Below, piece after piece: positions 38,685 to 48,622 of a stretch of DNA of 64,000 nt. Numbering within the stretch: the first letter of the stretch is position 1; every line of letters starts with the position of its first letter. The notes under the pieces are model-generated. The model saw only the letters and a list, made by a program, of their open reading frames with translations. It did not search any database and was not told where the DNA came from. Both the position numbers and the translations under genes were made by a program. The stretch is from a virus (taxonomy: Duplodnaviria > Heunggongvirae > Uroviricota > Caudoviricetes): the IMG/VR virus record IMGVR_UViG_3300013307_000015; one strand, given 5' to 3'.

Positions 38685-39584
38685 ATGGCCAGCCCCCTGA
38701 ACAAACAACTCGATCACGCAGAAAAGAAATACGCCGTTCGTTTCGGTTGGTATCGCTACGAAACCGAGCAAGACAAGGAAATGGAACTGGATCGCTTTAG
38801 CGAGCCTCCCGTTCAGCCGTTCATGTTCCTGAACTACGATCCCGAAGTCGGTACGTTCTTAGACGATTCACTGCAAGACGCCCGCGACCTCTATGATGTT
38901 AAGCGGATGGTGAGTCGCTTCATGGCCGTCGGCTTGCCTGCGACGCTGCGTGACGCTGATCGGATGGAGAGGATCAAATTCGAAGCGATGACCGACGCAA
39001 TCACGATTGACCAAGATGGTCAACTCTGTGTGAATTGGCATAACGGCGAACTTTTTATCGAGGTCGTTGAGATCTATGAGAACGACATCGATGACATCAA
39101 AAACGGCGAAGAGCTGTACGAAGTAACGAAGGTGCTCGCCCGTTGGGAAGTACTGGCAAAAGCAAGCGAAGATGCGTTCTTCCCGCCGTGGGAAATGGAC
39201 AAGAATCACCAGAAGAACAAGGAAGAAGCACAGCGCATTCAGGACGAAGAAATCGTCAAGCCGTTCATCGACGACGAACGTCTGCGCAATTGGGTCGCTG
39301 CTCTCATCAATGCGGCCAACGACATGAAGCTCGAAGCGCACCACTTCAAGATCTTTGGCGTCCTGCACGAATCGGGCCAGATCACTGCTCGCATCTGCTG
39401 TCAGCCGGATGCTCCCTATTCGGGCGATCAAGTCGTCTTGTTCAACCGATGCGATAACTTCGAAGACCTCACCACGGTCGGTCAGTCGGCCAAGCTCGGG
39501 GAAGTGCGCTGGTTCTTCGAGACTCACCATTCCACTCAAGCTCTGGAAGACTTCGACACGTGGTTTAAGAGCAAGAACAGTTAG
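38685..39584 (+). CDS. hypothetical protein
   Basis: ORF-track; AT-rich leader. Confidence 0.55.
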   Translation: MASPLNKQLDHAEKKYAVRFGWYRYETEQDKEMELDRFSEPPVQPFMFLNYDPEVGTFLDDSLQDARDLYDVKRMVSRFMAVGLPATLRDADRMERIKFEAMTDAITIDQDGQLCVNWHNGELFIEVVEIYENDIDDIKNGEELYEVTKVLARWEVLAKASEDAFFPPWEMDKNHQKNKEEAQRIQDEEIVKPFIDDERLRNWVAALINAANDMKLEAHHFKIFGVLHESGQITARICCQPDAPYSGDQVVLFNRCDNFEDLTTVGQSAKLGEVRWFFETHHSTQALEDFDTWFKSKNS

Positions 39585-39594
39585 TTAAAAGAAC

Positions 39595-39942
39595 ATGGTA
39601 CCGCAAACAATCCTCTTAGAGTTTCCGGATGAGATCAAAACACTTGCACTCACGTTAGAGTCGTTTCACTTCAAGCCCTCGTTTATCGAAGGTTTGTTGG
39701 AGGACGTGGTGCAGTGTCTGAGAGATCGTTCGGAAGCTTATTCCAAGCTAGACGAATACGTAGAAAATGTGCGAGGTAAAGAAGGGGACTATGTTGCGCG
39801 GTACGTCGACAGAATCGGAAGAAACATTTACCACCAACTCCTCGACATCAAGGCGTACTTCTCGAATGGAAAGCTGCCGTATGTCTACGGTGAATTCCAG
39901 ACGGACGTCTACTTGTCGTTGGAGTTGCACTGGGGTAACTAA
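39595..39942 (+). CDS. hypothetical protein
   Basis: ORF-track. Confidence 0.45.
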   Translation: MVPQTILLEFPDEIKTLALTLESFHFKPSFIEGLLEDVVQCLRDRSEAYSKLDEYVENVRGKEGDYVARYVDRIGRNIYHQLLDIKAYFSNGKLPYVYGEFQTDVYLSLELHWGN

Positions 39943-39945
39943 GAA

Positions 39946-40362
39946 ATGAACGAACACAAGTACCGAATCTCGCTGTGCAAGAAGCGCAGCAACGATCGCT
40001 TCCTCGGGGTGAAAGAAGCTCCGAGCTATGGCACGCGTGCATTGGGCGGCAACATGCTCTACCACTGGTTGCCGGAAGGTGAGTCGTACCCGCTCGACCT
40101 GACCAAGGAAGAAGCCCACGAAATCATCGAGAAGATCCTCGCGGCAAAGATGCCGGACAATGTACATGACTTTGATACGTGGTCTATCCTCAAGATGCAA
40201 GCCTGTCTTGACACGACTTGTTATCAGCCGGACGAGGACTACGAATGGAAGATGGATGAGTACTTTCATCCGGTCTACATCGGTCTGCACCGCACCGATA
40301 TTGGTTGCGACGAATCGCAGTGGGGACTCCAGCTCAACCAATCACAAGTACGGGGGTACTGA
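39946..40362 (+). CDS. hypothetical protein
   Basis: RBS GGGGTAA. Confidence 0.5.
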   Translation: MNEHKYRISLCKKRSNDRFLGVKEAPSYGTRALGGNMLYHWLPEGESYPLDLTKEEAHEIIEKILAAKMPDNVHDFDTWSILKMQACLDTTCYQPDEDYEWKMDEYFHPVYIGLHRTDIGCDESQWGLQLNQSQVRGY

Positions 40363-40363
40363 C

Positions 40364-40552
40364 ATGAGCTTGCTTCCCACTGGCAAGGAAAGCTGTTCGG
40401 AAACGGGCTGTCCGTTGTCGTTCTGTGATTGTCCGTGCCATCGCGGCATGGGTGTCATGCATTGCATGCCGTGCTGTCACATGGAAAAGTGCGAGAAGTG
40501 CGGTAAGACGTTCTTCAACGTCACGGCTAACTATTCCAAGCTCGGAGGTTAA
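40364..40552 (+). CDS. small Cys-rich zinc-binding protein (63 aa)
   Basis: ATG 1 nt after previous stop; CSETGCPLSFCDCPCHRG...CMPCCHMEKCEKCG. Confidence 0.45.
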   Translation: MSLLPTGKESCSETGCPLSFCDCPCHRGMGVMHCMPCCHMEKCEKCGKTFFNVTANYSKLGG

Positions 40553-40553
40553 G

Positions 40554-40853
40554 ATGGCAGTTGGGTATCCCGATACGTACGTTATCCTGATGTTGTTTCG
40601 TCGTGATCTTCTTGCTGGTGAGCGCGACAAGCCCATCGAAGAAATCACTTGGGCGGATCTTCGGGTGACGAGAAAAGACGCAGAACGCTCGGACCGGGTT
40701 GACTTCATTGACCTGGACGGCACCTGCCGGACGTTGAAACAACGCAATCAGCACGAAGAGTTTCCTAAGAAGGCACGTTCGATTGTGCGTCCGGAATCCT
40801 TCGATTTTCTTAAGGTACGCGACGCTATGCCGTGGTGGAATGGCCTTTATTGA
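40554..40853 (+). CDS. hypothetical protein
   Basis: RBS GGAGG. Confidence 0.5.
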   Translation: MAVGYPDTYVILMLFRRDLLAGERDKPIEEITWADLRVTRKDAERSDRVDFIDLDGTCRTLKQRNQHEEFPKKARSIVRPESFDFLKVRDAMPWWNGLY

Positions 40854-40864
40854 GAGGAAGCACC

Positions 40865-41296
40865 ATGTCACGAGTACCGATCAAGACGTGTGAGCGCGCA
40901 GACTGTCCGAACAACAAGTGCCTGTGTTCGTGCCATGGCGTTGCTTTTATCGACCACATGTTCGCTTGCTGTGAAACCATACAGTGCAGTACATGTGGCG
41001 AGAAGGTTGGTGGTGTTGCGGCTGACGGCGGCGTCTACTACAAGGAAGCATCGCCGGTCAAGAATCCGCTGATCGAGCAGGCAGCAGTGGATCGCCATGA
41101 GCGTCCTCTGCGCACGCGCACTTGTAGGGCGTGCGATTGGAACGTGAGTTCGTACAACTGCAATCCTACCTTGGTCGCTTTGCGTCCGGAAGCGAGTGTG
41201 TGGGACTGGTGGTACGCCTGCGATAATGGCAACTGCGAGCATGCGCATGGCGAGGGATACTTCCAAGCAACACCCGATTGGGTGAAGATAAACTAA
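40865..41296 (+). CDS. Cys-rich hypothetical protein
   Basis: RBS GAGAGGAAG; multiple CxxC-like pairs. Confidence 0.5.
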   Translation: MSRVPIKTCERADCPNNKCLCSCHGVAFIDHMFACCETIQCSTCGEKVGGVAADGGVYYKEASPVKNPLIEQAAVDRHERPLRTRTCRACDWNVSSYNCNPTLVALRPEASVWDWWYACDNGNCEHAHGEGYFQATPDWVKIN

Positions 41297-41306
41297 AGGA
41301 AAAGCA

Positions 41307-42140
41307 ATGAGCATCAAATCAGATCGCTGGATTCGGCGCATGTGTACGCCCCCGGATGGCACGTGGGGTATGGGTTACAGCAAGCTGCCGGTCAACAAAG
41401 TCGGCGAGCAATATGTGGTCCGCGAAAACGGACTGCCGCTCATCATGTGCAATCCCAACATGCGGGTCGAAGACTGTGAAGAGTTCACGCCGTACACGGA
41501 TGAACAGAAAGCGCAGTTCAAGCCGATGATCGAGCCGTTCGAAGCCGGCCAGGTGAAGGTGAAGCATCGGTATATTCATCCGGATCTACCGACGTGGAAA
41601 GCTGATCTGGAACTGGCGACTCAGCAACGCGGATGCGGACCGGATGTCGATGGTGACACCGTGTTGGAAAAGATCGTGTCCTACGGTACCTCTTCCTACG
41701 GCTACGATCTGCGATGCTCGAACAAGTTCAAGATCTTCACCAACATCAACTCCACGGTGATCGATCCGAAGAACTTCGACGAGAAGAGCTTCGTGGACTT
41801 CGAAGGCGACGTCTGTATCATCCCGCCGAATTCGTTTGCCCTGGCATCGAGCGTCGAATACTTCCGTATTCCGCGCAACATCCTGACCGTGTGTCTGGGT
41901 AAGTCGACCTACGCGCGATGCGGCATCATCGTGAACGTCACACCCTTCGAGCCGGAATGGGAAGGCTACGTCACGCTGGAATTCTCCAACACGACGCCGT
42001 TGCCGGCGAAGATCTACGCCAACGAAGGTGTCGCGCAAGTACTCTTCTTCCAAGGCGATGAAGTGTGCGAGACGTCGTACAAGGATCGCGCTGGCAAGTA
42101 CATGAACCAATCTGCGGAACCGATTCCGCCGAGGACGTAA
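41307..42140 (+). CDS. dcd: dCTP deaminase (Pseudomonas-type Dcd) with two insertions
   Basis: [12 protein letters not shown]...MIEPF...[30 protein letters not shown]...[11 protein letters not shown]...[49 protein letters not shown]. Confidence 0.9.
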   Translation: MSIKSDRWIRRMCTPPDGTWGMGYSKLPVNKVGEQYVVRENGLPLIMCNPNMRVEDCEEFTPYTDEQKAQFKPMIEPFEAGQVKVKHRYIHPDLPTWKADLELATQQRGCGPDVDGDTVLEKIVSYGTSSYGYDLRCSNKFKIFTNINSTVIDPKNFDEKSFVDFEGDVCIIPPNSFALASSVEYFRIPRNILTVCLGKSTYARCGIIVNVTPFEPEWEGYVTLEFSNTTPLPAKIYANEGVAQVLFFQGDEVCETSYKDRAGKYMNQSAEPIPPRT

Positions 42141-42175
42141 ATCATGGATAACGATACTTTCCGGGAGACTTTGTC

Positions 42176-42415
42176 ATGATTGAATTCCGACGAGATTCGA
42201 CGGGTAAGATCACGCAAGTCGACGGTGATCGCGTGCCCAATGATTATCGTGAACCGGATTTTGCGGAACACGATAAACGACTAACAAGTGTCCACTGCTG
42301 GCTGACTTACATCACGCCTGCGATGCAGGAAATCTGGCCGACGTTTTCGGATGAGCAGAAAGCCATCATTGCAGTGGGCGCACAGGAAACGGCGGATGCC
42401 GAAGACTGGGAGTAA
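42176..42415 (+). CDS. hypothetical protein
   Basis: RBS GGGAGA. Confidence 0.45.
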   Translation: MIEFRRDSTGKITQVDGDRVPNDYREPDFAEHDKRLTSVHCWLTYITPAMQEIWPTFSDEQKAIIAVGAQETADAEDWE

Positions 42416-42551
42416 ATGGCGTCTGCCATGGTCGCAGCGAAACGCTTGGCTCGGACTCGCGTCCCGAGATTGATACGGCTCTCTTCCAGAAGAGCCTGGG
42501 TTAAAAGTAAAAGCAACAACAACCAGTAGTCCAACAAAGGAAAGTAAGAAA

Positions 42552-43463
42552 ATGGGATCGATCCTCTTTTTGGTGTTTCTGAGCATCATCGCTTTTACCG
42601 GGGTGTGTTTCTTGACTGCGCTACTCAAGAAGCGACCTATCGTCGCAATGGGACAGGAGCGCATTCCCCGCAAGCCGAACTTCTATCTGGCGGGCATCGC
42701 AGCAGTCGTGGTCTTCCTCGTTGGCTTGGCGCTTGCCAGTTTCACGCAGGTACGAGCCTCCAACGTCGGTATCGTAACGCAGTTCGGGGAAGTGATGACC
42801 GATACGCTCTCGGAAGGCCCGCACTTCGTCCGTCCGTGGGAAGTCGTGACTTCGGTATTCGTCGGTCTGGATGTGACCAAGGCGGAAGGCGCGCAAGCTG
42901 CCTCGAAGGACTTGCAGACGGTTCACACCGATCTCGTGGCGAACTTCCGTGTCGACCCGCTCAAGGCGAAAGCACTCTTCGAGAAAGACCCGGCGCTCAA
43001 TTACGTGGGCAACTATGTGAATCCGGCGATCTTCGAAGTGTTCAAAGCGGTGGTTGCACGCTACACGGCTGAAGAACTCGTGACCAAGCGCAATGAAGTC
43101 TCGGAAGCTATCGTGACCGCGTTGCGCACCAAGCTGGGCCAGTACGGCTTGATCGTGCAAGACATCAACATCACGAACTTCAAGTTCAGCAAGGCATTCG
43201 ACGACGCGATTGAAGCGAAGGTGACGGCAAGTCAGAACGCCGAGAAAGCTTCGCGCGATTTGCAGCGTATCCAGTTCGAAGCTGAGCAGAAGGTCGCGCA
43301 AGCCAAGGGTGAAGCCGAGTCGATTCGCATCCAGTCCGAAGCGATTCAACAAAACGGCGGTGAAGCCTACTTGCGCATGAAGACCATCGAGCGCTGGAAC
43401 GGCGCACTGCCGCAGTACGTCGGCGCAGGTAATCCGATGTCGATGTTCAGCCTCAACAAGTAA
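42552..43463 (+). CDS. SPFH/band-7 (prohibitin/HflC-like) membrane protein
   Basis: N-terminal TM, then SNVGIVTQFGEV...PAIFEVFKAVVARYTAEELVTKRNEVSEAI...coiled-coil QRIQFEAEQKVAQAKGEAE. Confidence 0.75.
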   Translation: MGSILFLVFLSIIAFTGVCFLTALLKKRPIVAMGQERIPRKPNFYLAGIAAVVVFLVGLALASFTQVRASNVGIVTQFGEVMTDTLSEGPHFVRPWEVVTSVFVGLDVTKAEGAQAASKDLQTVHTDLVANFRVDPLKAKALFEKDPALNYVGNYVNPAIFEVFKAVVARYTAEELVTKRNEVSEAIVTALRTKLGQYGLIVQDINITNFKFSKAFDDAIEAKVTASQNAEKASRDLQRIQFEAEQKVAQAKGEAESIRIQSEAIQQNGGEAYLRMKTIERWNGALPQYVGAGNPMSMFSLNK

Positions 43464-43483
43464 GCCTAGCGGTGCTAGGGGGA

Positions 43484-43514
43484 GCCGGGTGGACACCCAC
43501 CCGGCTTTATGCCC
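43484..43514 (+). terminator. hairpin gccgggtgg-acac-ccacccggc + TTTATGCCC box
   Basis: perfect 9-bp stem. Confidence 0.5.
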
Positions 43515-43572
43515 TCGATTTATCGCTTTTTACTGGGTTAGTCGATTGTGTGGAATAACTAAGGAGTGAATC

Positions 43573-43926
43573 ATGTCCGATAAGAAAGAGTACTACGTAG
43601 TGGACGCAGACGCCTTGCGGCGGATACTGAACGCTTTGAATGGTCCGAGCCATTACATCCGGGAATTGCAAGTGACCCGCAATCTTCCTGGCTCTGAACC
43701 CAATCCGATCGATGTGATCGAGAAGCAGGTCAAGATGCAGGAAAATCTTCCCTCTGATGTCGATCTGCGCGAAATGGAATTCGGGGGCAACAATGTAGAG
43801 ACACTGAAGTTCGCTATCAATGCGCGTACTGCTTCGCACAGTCCTAATGCAGCAGGATTAGCGCTTAAGGCATTGGAGCCGATTTACTGCAAGTCTGGCG
43901 GTTGGAAACTTCCGCAAATCGATTAG
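43573..43926 (+). CDS. hypothetical protein
   Basis: RBS AAGGAG. Confidence 0.55.
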   Translation: MSDKKEYYVVDADALRRILNALNGPSHYIRELQVTRNLPGSEPNPIDVIEKQVKMQENLPSDVDLREMEFGGNNVETLKFAINARTASHSPNAAGLALKALEPIYCKSGGWKLPQID

Positions 43927-43931
43927 TCGAC

Positions 43932-43960
43932 CGGGGTCTTCGGACCCCTTTCTTTTTTTG
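43932..43960 (+). terminator. rho-independent terminator (UUCG loop + T-run)
   Basis: ggggtc-ttcg-gacccc TTTCTTTTTTT. Confidence 0.7.
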
Positions 43961-43971
43961 TTTCAAACGGA

Positions 43972-44008
43972 TTTCAGTCACATATTACTCCTTGGATTAA
44001 CAGGAGTA
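43972..44008 (+). promoter_or_regulatory. TTTCAGTCACATATTAC + hairpin tactcct...aggagta element (copy 4)
   Basis: Same box as copies 1-3; the stem sequence differs but the hairpin is kept. Confidence 0.4.
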
Positions 44009-44014
44009 ATTCAA

Positions 44015-44392
44015 ATGAGAAACGAACTAATCTACAAGCTGATTCAAGACGTTTTGATTGCAGCAGAACACACACCGGTTGATCTGACGTACTTTGACAA
44101 GCATCCGGCAACGGGCATCATCTTCCGCCGGCAAAGAAGAAAAACCAGCCCGACTATCGTCAGCTGGCGTGAAGTTTCCATTCGCGTGTATGCACCTTTA
44201 CCCAATGCACGGCGCGTCTTGTGTAACGCGAAGTACTCGGTCAAAATCCTTGACCGCAGTCCTGATGTAAGTCCCAAGAACGCTGCACTTGAAGAAGACA
44301 TCTTCAAGCGTGAATACGACTTGACAGAAGATCACGATGCACTGGTGAAAGCCATCATTGCGTATCTGAAAAGAGAGAAAAATCCTACCTAA
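44015..44392 (+). CDS. hypothetical protein
   Basis: RBS AGGAG inside the element hairpin. Confidence 0.5.
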   Translation: MRNELIYKLIQDVLIAAEHTPVDLTYFDKHPATGIIFRRQRRKTSPTIVSWREVSIRVYAPLPNARRVLCNAKYSVKILDRSPDVSPKNAALEEDIFKREYDLTEDHDALVKAIIAYLKREKNPT

Positions 44393-44442
44393 GAACAGCA
44401 GCGGAAGCTTAAGAATACCTATTTACATTCGAAGGAAATAGC

Positions 44443-45117
44443 ATGAATAAGATCGAACAATACAAAGAACTCATCGAACAAATCGAAGCGTTCTTCAAGT
44501 CGAAGCTGGATGGGAAGTTCTCGGAATGGAGCCTCACTTACAACAACCATCACGGATGTTACGTCAAGCTTAAAGACGAGCACGAAGACTTCATGCTGCA
44601 TCCGAATTCCAGCCACAACGTTCTCGGCTACAACGTTCTCGCAATGGCAACATGGGTGCAGGGCGAAGCAGATCGTAGTCGTGCGGTGGAAGAAGACCGA
44701 GTTTGGGAACTCCACTACAATGCGAAAGATAACAGCCCGTCTGTTAGCTACGCTGCGTCGACTCTACTGGGCTTGCTTAGTGGGTTAGATTTCGTCAATC
44801 TGACATCGGCTAATGCTGAACCAGTTAGCGCGCTGGAAAGTATGCTTCAATCGCTGCTTGTTGGCGAGTACGCTGACCTCAGTTTCCGGTCGATGACGCA
44901 CCAACTGACCGACACCATGCCGCCGTGCGAGTCGTTCGATGAACTGATAAAGGTTCTCAGCATCCAGATGGACGAGTTTTCCACGCCGGAAGAATACGAG
45001 CGTTTCAAACAAACGCACTCCGAAGTGGAATTCACGTGGTATCCGAACACTCCTGTTGGCTGTCACACTGTGCGCGGCGTTGAGTTGTACTCGGTTCTGG
45101 CTGCTGTTTTTGAATAA
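44443..45117 (+). CDS. hypothetical protein
   Basis: TTTACATTCGAAGGAAATAGC leader. Confidence 0.55.
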   Translation: MNKIEQYKELIEQIEAFFKSKLDGKFSEWSLTYNNHHGCYVKLKDEHEDFMLHPNSSHNVLGYNVLAMATWVQGEADRSRAVEEDRVWELHYNAKDNSPSVSYAASTLLGLLSGLDFVNLTSANAEPVSALESMLQSLLVGEYADLSFRSMTHQLTDTMPPCESFDELIKVLSIQMDEFSTPEEYERFKQTHSEVEFTWYPNTPVGCHTVRGVELYSVLAAVFE

Positions 45118-45127
45118 GGAGAGAGCG

Positions 45128-45472
45128 ATGAGTGCAGTAAGCGAAGTAAAGCCGTGGATTGAACCGTGCGTTGTCTTTCTCTGCATGGTTCACGATCTCA
45201 ACTTTCCCGATCCACGTGGTCCGGACTTCGGTCGATGGTATCTGAGTGTCGGGGAAGATCTGACCATGGAAGATGGCACAGTGGTCGGGTTCGATCGTCG
45301 TCTCGAATATGCCATGCCGATGACGCTTGAAGCGGCGAATGCTCGGCTTGAAGAAATCAAGACAAATCCCGATGCGATGTGTATTCTGACATCGACACCT
45401 CCCGATAGGGAACCTCACCCCTATCACTGGGAAATGTTGATGTACAGTCATGCAGCTACGATACAGCCGTAA
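45128..45472 (+). CDS. hypothetical protein
   Basis: RBS AAGGAGAGAG. Confidence 0.55.
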   Translation: MSAVSEVKPWIEPCVVFLCMVHDLNFPDPRGPDFGRWYLSVGEDLTMEDGTVVGFDRRLEYAMPMTLEAANARLEEIKTNPDAMCILTSTPPDREPHPYHWEMLMYSHAATIQP

Positions 45473-45500
45473 CAAACTGGTCGGAGAAGTAACGGCATAA

Positions 45501-45520
45501 GGGGAGGCTTTCGCCTCCCC
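45501..45520. terminator. bidirectional hairpin between convergent genes (the - strand reading carries the TTATGCCGTTAC box)
   Basis: ggggaggc-tttc-gcctcccc. Confidence 0.5.
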
Positions 45521-45525
45521 GCGCA

Positions 45526-46272
45526 TTAGGAGATCTTGCTGATCATCCAGAAGTCTTCTGCCAGATTGGGGTTCAACACGTAGTCGAACGGAAGCGTGAA
45601 GTAGCCTTTCATACCCCAGCTTTCACCCCAGCTGTTACGAACGATGAAGTAGCGATCCTTGCGATCGTACCCTACGATCAGGACAGCGTGACCACCCTGG
45701 CATTGTTCGTTTTCAGCCGGCATCGGAACCTCACCGGTCTGTGCCACGGCATCCGACTCGAAACTGTCGTACACCATGATGCCGAACACGATCGGAAAAC
45801 CAGACGCGAGTGCATGCAGCAGATCGTCTTCCGTTTGCATCACACGACGGTATTCGACCGCACGATGATTTAGACCATCGGTGTAGGCTTCCATGGAAGG
45901 CTTGAACTTGAACTTCTTGGTGTCGTACGGCCAGAGCGTTTCATCGCACGCGCCGTACTGGACGAGTGTTTTGATGCCGTCACGGATTTGAGCACCGCCG
46001 TCTTGCCCGATGTCTCCTTCGAGCATGCGTTCGTTGTAGTACACGAACAACCGCGACAGACGAATCGGTTGTTCGCGCTGAGCGTTCTCAGCGTATTCGA
46101 GTGCTCCAACGATTGCATGGCCCGTACAGCAGCCAAGATCGCCTTGGTCTTCAACAGCAGAACAACCGGTACGCAGGTCGACACGATCGGGAATTGTGAT
46201 CGGTTCGACTGCCTTGTAAATGTGGTCTCGGGAATCGTGCTTGTCCTTGGCGTGGACATACTTGCGTTTCAT
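45526..46272 (-). CDS. papain-like cysteine peptidase (C1A family), cytoplasmic
   Basis: VEDQGDLGCCTGHA (Gln and Cys), GGHAVLIVGYD (His), YFIVRNSWGESWGMKGYF (Asn-Ser-Trp-Gly). Only - strand gene; its own RBS AAGGGTGAAAC. Confidence 0.75.
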   Translation of the reverse strand: MKRKYVHAKDKHDSRDHIYKAVEPITIPDRVDLRTGCSAVEDQGDLGCCTGHAIVGALEYAENAQREQPIRLSRLFVYYNERMLEGDIGQDGGAQIRDGIKTLVQYGACDETLWPYDTKKFKFKPSMEAYTDGLNHRAVEYRRVMQTEDDLLHALASGFPIVFGIMVYDSFESDAVAQTGEVPMPAENEQCQGGHAVLIVGYDRKDRYFIVRNSWGESWGMKGYFTLPFDYVLNPNLAEDFWMISKIS

Positions 46273-46346
46273 GTTTCACCCTTAGTTTTTTGAAGTGGGA
46301 TACTTCATAAAATTCGAATTATTTTTTATCTAGAAAGGAGTCTTTC

Positions 46347-46697
46347 ATGAGCACAATCACGTATGACGATCAGGAAAAGTTCATCGACTGGATGAACATG
46401 TCGTGCGCTACGCCCGACATATTTCGCAGCATCCGTAACTGGGTGGTGCAACACATCCGTGAAAGTATGGTCGAGCATCCGGAGGGTGATCCGGGTGTGT
46501 CGTATGTCCTCACGCCGGGCGAGATCGTTCTCTCGGATCAGTCCAACGCAACGGGCTACGAGTTCGAATTGCTGATCTCGTACAGCCGTACCGACATCAG
46601 CCGCAAGACGTGCTACTTGCTCGTCAACAACGAAGGCAAGATCGCCAACTTCGTCTACTTCGAGGACGTGCTGTCCATCAAGAAGGAACAAGCGTAA
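46347..46697 (+). CDS. hypothetical protein
   Basis: RBS AAAGGAG. Confidence 0.55.
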   Translation: MSTITYDDQEKFIDWMNMSCATPDIFRSIRNWVVQHIRESMVEHPEGDPGVSYVLTPGEIVLSDQSNATGYEFELLISYSRTDISRKTCYLLVNNEGKIANFVYFEDVLSIKKEQA

Positions 46698-46745
46698 CTC
46701 GCGATTAAAAGCTAGTGCGCCCGGAAAGCGTATGGGAGGTATTCC

Positions 46746-47105
46746 ATGAAAGTTGGCAAAACCATTCTCGGCTTTGACGCACTCGAAATCATTGCGAGGA
46801 CTTCGAATGATTCAGCAGGCTTAAAGACCTTGCTGGCGAATCTTGCAATGGAAGAGGTGGAAAAAGCCAAAGCAAGGCTGGCAGTCGAATCCGGCATTAC
46901 GTTTCGTGCGATGTTCGTCGAAGAGATGGACTTCGCAGGCAGGCCGTCTTTGACGGGTTATCTTCTCGACTACAAAGCAGGTCCTGCTCAGCCGGTTGAT
47001 GACCCGTCCATGTATCACTACGCGCATTACTTCATCGAACTCGATGCAAGTGGCGCGTACGTGCAACTTTACCGAATCGACAACTACCCTGATGAGGAGC
47101 AGTGA
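46746..47105 (+). CDS. hypothetical protein
   Basis: RBS GGGAGG. Confidence 0.5.
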   Translation: MKVGKTILGFDALEIIARTSNDSAGLKTLLANLAMEEVEKAKARLAVESGITFRAMFVEEMDFAGRPSLTGYLLDYKAGPAQPVDDPSMYHYAHYFIELDASGAYVQLYRIDNYPDEEQ

Positions 47106-47683
47106 TGCTTATCAAAAACTTCGGCATGAGTGCCAAGCGTGCAGATGCCATGCTGCAACGAATCATGAGCGACATCGAGCGTCGCGCGGCGCTGCCGCAA
47201 CTCGATCTGCGTTACCTGACGAGCGCGATGAGCATCCCCGTCGGCGGCAACATGGTGCCCGTGCCGTCCATCTCGGCATTCTTCGAAGATCGTGGTTTCC
47301 ATGCCCTCATCCTCGAAGAAGATCCGAACGCAGAAGAACTGACGATCATCCTCACGCATACGCGGCCGAACAACGACGGCGTGGCTGAACGCGGCTTTTA
47401 CACCACGTACAAGGCCAAACCGCAAGCGGCGGTGTTCGTCTCGTTCGACATTCTCCAGTTCTTCCTCGAACGCGTCGAGCACCTGAACGTGAAGGACGCA
47501 GAAGACGAATGGGTGCCGAACCCGGTGCTGCGCAAGCCGCTCGAAGTCGAGAACCTGCTCAAGGCTGCTTATCCTGACCTGCCGCAGGAATACACGTGGA
47601 AGCTGAACCTCGAAGCCAAGAAGCCGGACAACCAGCCGGTGGTCGAGTTCCATGCTACCAATCCGCAAGGAGACTCGAAGTGA
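47105..47683 (+). CDS. hypothetical protein
   Basis: TGATG overlap (alternative GTG at 47102). Confidence 0.5.
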   Translation: MLIKNFGMSAKRADAMLQRIMSDIERRAALPQLDLRYLTSAMSIPVGGNMVPVPSISAFFEDRGFHALILEEDPNAEELTIILTHTRPNNDGVAERGFYTTYKAKPQAAVFVSFDILQFFLERVEHLNVKDAEDEWVPNPVLRKPLEVENLLKAAYPDLPQEYTWKLNLEAKKPDNQPVVEFHATNPQGDSK

Positions 47684-48546
47684 GCGACGTATTCGAGAAG
47701 AGCGGCCCGGAAGTCCTTTTCTTTATCCGTGACAACCAAGTCAACCCGCATCTGCTGGAAAACTTGGCTGCACGGGTGATGGCGTTCGAGAAGGACTACG
47801 AAGGACAGCTGAACCAAGCAGTCGCATCGACCACGCATTTGCGTCAAGAAACGATGCGTACCGCTGAAGGTGAGCACGAGGGCTTTCTACTCACGGTCCA
47901 CTACTACAAGGAAGCGGACCCGAAGGACGCCTCTGTCTGGCACACGCAGTACTGGTTCTTGACCCAGAACGAAGACAAGCTTTTCAATTCGATCTGGGAA
48001 CTCGGTGAAAACGCAGACGCATCTCAGCAGGATGAATCGTCGATGAAGATGATGGGCTACGGCGGCCTGCCATTCAGCGGACAGCGCGCTACGTACAATC
48101 AGTCGGCACTTCAGCAGATCCGTGAAGCGCTGCTGCAAGTCTCAGGGCGACACCCGGTGCTCCTGAACGAAGAAACCGGACTCGCGATCAAGCCGCTGCA
48201 TCGTAACGGTGCCAACGATTTCGAGCTGGCTTTTCGTGATTCGTTCATCTCGCTGACGCTCAATTCCGAAGGACTACGCGTTATTGTGTTCTGGCACAAC
48301 GAAGGACGTGATCCGTTCGGCGACAAGACCACCGGCATTCGTTTCACGGTCGATCAAAACGATCCACTAGCGACTGCCAAGATCGTGCGAGAAGTGCTGA
48401 ACGTCTACGTCGAAGTAGTACCGGGTTTCCGAATCGACGTTTGGCCGGACATCGTGCTTTATCAGGCTAAGTCGAAGGAGCCGCTCGACGTCATCCTGAA
48501 GGACGAAGAACGCCCCGAATGGCAACGGTTCCCTGAACTGCCGTAG
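47680..48546 (+). CDS. hypothetical protein
   Basis: GTG start overlapping stop; RBS AAGGAG. Confidence 0.5.
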   Translation: MSDVFEKSGPEVLFFIRDNQVNPHLLENLAARVMAFEKDYEGQLNQAVASTTHLRQETMRTAEGEHEGFLLTVHYYKEADPKDASVWHTQYWFLTQNEDKLFNSIWELGENADASQQDESSMKMMGYGGLPFSGQRATYNQSALQQIREALLQVSGRHPVLLNEETGLAIKPLHRNGANDFELAFRDSFISLTLNSEGLRVIVFWHNEGRDPFGDKTTGIRFTVDQNDPLATAKIVREVLNVYVEVVPGFRIDVWPDIVLYQAKSKEPLDVILKDEERPEWQRFPELP

Positions 48547-48622
48547 TACGGGTAAGTAGCACGATTTTATGGGAGACGACTGACCACCGCTCCCATTTTA
48601 TCCACTTTTCGGGGCTAAGTTA

